From Bdellovibrionia bacterium (lineage in GTDB: Bacteria; Bdellovibrionota; UBA1018), in assembly GCA_045805065.1 (NCBI GenBank), contig JBJMMA010000111.1, positions 1-11,048 of the forward strand: a DNA stretch of 11,048 bases, read 5' to 3'. The stretch's first letter is position 1. Each line of letters begins with the position of its first letter. A program made the translations under genes and the position numbers. Positions 8,407 through 11,048 of this stretch are shown piece by piece. The notes below the pieces were generated by a model, which was not told the DNA's origin, ran no database searches, and saw only the letters and a list, made by a program, of their open reading frames with translations.

Positions 8407-9063
8407 TCACAAAAGCTCTTCTAGAACTTTGACAGGCTTACGCGTGGACAGATCAAGAACTTGGTCGAAGACTCGTTTGCGTAATCCCTTTTGAATTAAG
8501 GCCTCGGCTTCTTTCGGGAATGGTCTATTCAGCCAATCAAGCTGATTCTGCGATTCTTCAGATGGAAGGGAGAGTTCCATCGCAACTCTTGTATAGTAGA
8601 GTGGGAATGGCAGATGCCTAAGACCTAGCGACCCTTGTAAGGTACTAAAGGGGTATGCTTCCACGCTCTGACTGAGATTTGCCTTAACGGGGTTACGATA
8701 AACGTACTTATAGGCGTGTCCAAAGTAACGTGAGCTATTGATCAAAGACCAGTAGTAGCGACTTCCAAAAAGCCGGCCTGAGCGTCCGGAAAGCAGATTT
8801 GAGAGCTTAGTAACGGCGCTCATAAATATATTCATAACTATTCCCAGGTCATACTCAGGAACGGTCAGAATCATGTGAAAATGGTTCGGCATCAGCACCA
8901 ACGACTGAAACTCCACGCCATAAACCATGTGAATGTTCAGGCATTCATCACCAATGATTTTCCACATTTGCGGTAGAGGAAGATGAAAGGGTTCGCGATT
9001 ATTTACGCGAGCCGTGACGTGATAGGGAATTGTATTGGACCGGATCAAAGGTTTACGTGGCAT
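8407..9063 (-). CDS. rayT: REP-associated tyrosine transposase (RAYT; Y1/HUH, IS200/IS605 TnpA superfamily), 218 aa
   Basis: Typical N-terminus MPRKP...YHVTARVNNR, HUH motif LMPNHFH, SGRLFGSRY, catalytic Tyr region YVYRNPVKANL and YPFST. The start is placed at ATG 9063 because the 28 upstream codons of the listed ORF read through the repeat region. Confidence 0.9.
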   Translation of the reverse strand: MPRKPLIRSNTIPYHVTARVNNREPFHLPLPQMWKIIGDECLNIHMVYGVEFQSLVLMPNHFHMILTVPEYDLGIVMNIFMSAVTKLSNLLSGRSGRLFGSRYYWSLINSSRYFGHAYKYVYRNPVKANLSQSVEAYPFSTLQGSLGLRHLPFPLYYTRVAMELSLPSEESQNQLDWLNRPFPKEAEALIQKGLRKRVFDQVLDLSTRKPVKVLEELL

Positions 9064-9090
9064 ACAAAAAGGTGGTCGCCTCCTTTTTGT
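9064..9090 (+). repeat. REP-like imperfect palindrome copy 2 (ACAAAAAGGTGGTCGCCTCCTTTTTGT)
   Basis: 9-bp perfect outer stem ACAAAAAGG/CCTTTTTGT, one mismatch, 2 further pairs and a 3-nt loop. It directly abuts the RAYT ATG. Confidence 0.9.
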
Positions 9091-9118
9091 TGAAATGCGC
9101 GTCATGTGCCACATTGAG

Positions 9119-9147
9119 AGAATAAGAAAAGCCAAACGCTGCGCCAA
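9119..9147 (-). promoter_or_regulatory. Putative sigma70-type promoter for the RAYT gene
   Basis: On the - strand, TTGGCG (9147-9142), a 17-nt spacer and TATTCT (9124-9119); each hexamer matches consensus at 4/6. It lies about 55 bp upstream of the ATG, inside the spacer of the repeat doublet. Confidence 0.4.
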
Positions 9148-9165
9148 AATTGACGCGCCTACGCT

Positions 9166-9192
9166 ACAAAAAGGAGGCGACCACCTTTTTTA
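9166..9192 (-). repeat. REP-like imperfect palindrome copy 3 (inverted); possible terminator for the agl operon
   Basis: 9166-9190 (ACAAAAAGGAGGCGACCACCTTTTT) is the exact reverse complement of 9066-9090. It overlaps the aglS TAA (9190-9192). Confidence 0.9.
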
Positions 9193-9765
9193 GGTTTCCT
9201 TCTTCATCGCTAGGAAGCGGAAGGTTTTGTAGCCAGCAGCAGCGGCAGTGTACATGATCTTGCGGATCGTGTCGTACTGGACGCGCTTGTCTGCCTGGAT
9301 GGCGAGGACGCCTTCGAATGGGAGAGGCTTGCCTTGATCATCGCGTGCTTTGGACTTGGAGCGAAGAATCTCGGCTTTTTCGCGGGCCTTGGTCAAAGCG
9401 TCGTAGAGCGGGACGATACGGCGAGTGCCTTCGTCCAGATCTGTGGGCTTGAAAGCGTAGCCTGCTTCGGAGCTTCCTGCAGCAGCGGCGGTTTGAACGA
9501 AGTCCAAGATGCGCTCGTTCTCAAACGTCATCGCTTCGGGAGTGATGATGACCGCTAAGCTTTCAAAAGGGGTGTCCTGCGACTTGGAAATTGGAAGCTT
9601 GATTCCCGGAACGCTGGTGAAGTTGTTGAGCGATGCGGAATAACTTTTGAGCAAGAAGACGACGATGATGACGAGCACGTCCATCATGCTGGTGAGCTGA
9701 AGCTCAAAGCTGGAATGGAGTCTGCGGCGTCCGCGGCGGTTTTTGATGGATCTCCGAGCAGGCAT
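9190..9765 (-). CDS. aglS: ExbD/TolR family motor subunit, AglS-like
   Basis: Basic N-terminus, TM motif LQLTSMMDVLVIIVVFLLKSY with conserved Asp29, GIKLPIS, and IQADKRVQYDTIRKIMYTAAAAGY. GGGAG RBS upstream. Confidence 0.85.
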   Translation of the reverse strand: MPARRSIKNRRGRRRLHSSFELQLTSMMDVLVIIVVFLLKSYSASLNNFTSVPGIKLPISKSQDTPFESLAVIITPEAMTFENERILDFVQTAAAAGSSEAGYAFKPTDLDEGTRRIVPLYDALTKAREKAEILRSKSKARDDQGKPLPFEGVLAIQADKRVQYDTIRKIMYTAAAAGYKTFRFLAMKKET

Positions 9766-9782
9766 GACTTTGCTCCCTCTCT

Positions 9783-10352
9783 TTATTTCTCGGCGCGGCC
9801 AGGGCGAGCCTGGTCATTTTCAAGCAGGTTTCCAAAGATGACTTCGGGGAAGAGAGTCTTGACGACTTCTTCAGCGCCAGCAGCAGTCTTGCGATAAATC
9901 GGCGTGTCCGTGGTCTCGACGGCGCGAACGCTATCCATGACCGAGATCAGGATGTCATAGTTCGTGCCGGCTTCAGGGACGACGACCAGCTTCGTTTCAT
10001 CCAGGAACTTCTGTTTCACGCCCACGAGAGCCTCGTGAATCTTGTTCACATCCGGGCTACCGGGAGTCACGTTCGGGATCTTGATGCTTTGGATCTTCTC
10101 GAACGGGCTCCAGAGCTCCGCCTCGTTGTCGCGAAGAGTGAGGGTCAGCTGCAAAGGCTTCTCCTTGATCTTCTCGACAACCTCGGAAGGCGAGGCCATG
10201 GGGAATGGCGACTCAATACTGACCAGCGACAGGAAAGAGGTCGTGAAAAGCAGGAACCCGATCAGAGTGACCATGGTGTCCAGAATCGGAACCAGGTTGA
10301 GCTCGATCTGCTTATGGTCCCTCTTGCTGCGCGAAGTAGGGCGCTTAAGCAT
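9783..10352 (-). CDS. aglQ: ExbD/TolR family motor subunit, AglQ-like
   Basis: TM motif ELNLVPILDTMVTLIGFLLFT with conserved Asp25 and KQKFLDETKLVVVPEAGTNYDILISVMDSVR...LFPEVIFG. Starts 4 bp after the aglR stop. Confidence 0.85.
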   Translation of the reverse strand: MLKRPTSRSKRDHKQIELNLVPILDTMVTLIGFLLFTTSFLSLVSIESPFPMASPSEVVEKIKEKPLQLTLTLRDNEAELWSPFEKIQSIKIPNVTPGSPDVNKIHEALVGVKQKFLDETKLVVVPEAGTNYDILISVMDSVRAVETTDTPIYRKTAAGAEEVVKTLFPEVIFGNLLENDQARPGRAEK

Positions 10353-10356
10353 TTAG

Positions 10357-11048
10357 TTACTCAACTCTCTGACCTGAAGGCTGTCCGACCGTTTGGCGAT
10401 ATTTACGAGCAGAAAGAAGGTCCAGAAGCTTTACGCCGAACTCGTCGATCTCTTCGAGAATCTTGTTCGAACGGTTGGTCAGGATGCTGTGAGTGACCAT
10501 CGCGAAGATCGCGGTGATCAGACCGAAAGCCGTTGCATTCATCGCGGAAGAAATACCTGCCGAGAGAAGTGCAGAGCGCTGAGCAGGATCTGCTGCGGAG
10601 ATTGCGGCGAAAGCCTGGATCAGACCGCTGATCGTTCCAAGCAATCCGAGAAGGGTTGCGATGTTGGCGATCAGAGCGAGGTAGGAGAGGCGGCGCTCAA
10701 GCTTTGGAATCACTTCCAGGCTTGCTGCATCGATCGCGTTCTGAATTTGATCTTCGGAGCGGGAAGCGCGTTGAAGGCCTGCTTTGATGACCTTAGGAAG
10801 TGCTGCGCGGCCTGCGCCGTTGCAGAGGCGGATCGCGCCGTCGATGTCGTTTGCCAAAACATACTTTTGGACTTCGAACATGAAGGACGGGCCGTCGACA
10901 TTATAATGAACGAAGAGTCTGACGAAACGCTCCAGCACGAACGCGATTGCTAAAACAAGCGCTACTGCGATCAGGATGACGAACGTGTCGCCTTCCTTCA
11001 TCATGTGGGTGATATTGTCCAAAAATCCGGTGGATTGGGCTGCAGTTG
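10357..11048 (-). CDS. aglR: MotA/TolQ/ExbB proton channel family protein, AglR-like; probably 5'-truncated by the window edge
   Basis: EVIPKLERRLSYLALIANIATLLGLLGTISGLIQAF and GISSAMNATAFGL motifs, three hydrophobic segments. The frame stays open upstream of TTG 11022 to the window end (TAAQSTGF) and no RBS precedes that TTG. Confidence 0.88.
   Translation of the reverse strand, partial: TAAQSTGFLDNITHMMKEGDTFVILIAVALVLAIAFVLERFVRLFVHYNVDGPSFMFEVQKYVLANDIDGAIRLCNGAGRAALPKVIKAGLQRASRSEDQIQNAIDAASLEVIPKLERRLSYLALIANIATLLGLLGTISGLIQAFAAISAADPAQRSALLSAGISSAMNATAFGLITAIFAMVTHSILTNRSNKILEEIDEFGVKLLDLLSARKYRQTVGQPSGQRVE

Larger units (their letters stand above)
8327..9192. mobile_element. REPtron-like element: RAYT gene flanked by inverted REP-like palindromes
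   Basis: A perfect 25-bp inverted repeat (8333-8357 and 9162-9186) brackets a Y1/HUH transposase gene. Two sampled 60-bp lines inside are 35% and 43% GC, versus 58% for a sampled line in aglS. The element spans from the gltG stop codon to the aglS stop codon. Confidence 0.8.

Noticed and set aside
9064..9147. 28-aa N-terminal extension of the transposase from TTG 9147
   Set aside because: It translates the repeat and putative promoter region; MPRKP at 9063 is the typical RAYT start.
8327..9192. Interpretation as a CRISPR array, a DDE-type IS with terminal inverted repeats, or an IS605 element with tnpB
   Set aside because: The repeats are few, irregularly spaced and in both orientations with no cas genes; the enzyme is HUH/Y1, not DDE; there is no room for tnpB.
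9334..10953. Plus-strand ORFs opposite aglRQS (9334-9558, 10035-10496, 10393-10953)
   Set aside because: Antisense shadows of strongly supported motor genes with no independent evidence.

Overview
The window holds an Agl-Glt type envelope-spanning motor system (adventurous gliding / Nfs-like), most plausibly from a Bdellovibrionota or other delta-type predator. On the + strand is a translationally coupled operon: an outer-membrane beta-barrel (GltA/GltB-like, 5' end missing), a GltC-like TPR protein, a 1214-aa TPR protein that looks like a GltD-GltE fusion, GltF/CglF and GltG. Converging on it from the - strand is the aglR-aglQ-aglS motor operon (MotA/TolQ/ExbB plus two ExbD/TolR). The gap between the two stop codons is filled by an ~866-bp lower-GC element carrying a REP-associated tyrosine (HUH/Y1) transposase (RAYT). 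The RAYT gene is accompanied by three near-complete copies and one partial copy of a 27-bp imperfect palindrome. These copies contain both host stop codons and abut the transposase start codon. The first 23 bases match an Illumina adapter remnant, so the extreme 5' end is probably an assembly artefact. All family assignments come from recognising motifs by eye, not from database searches.
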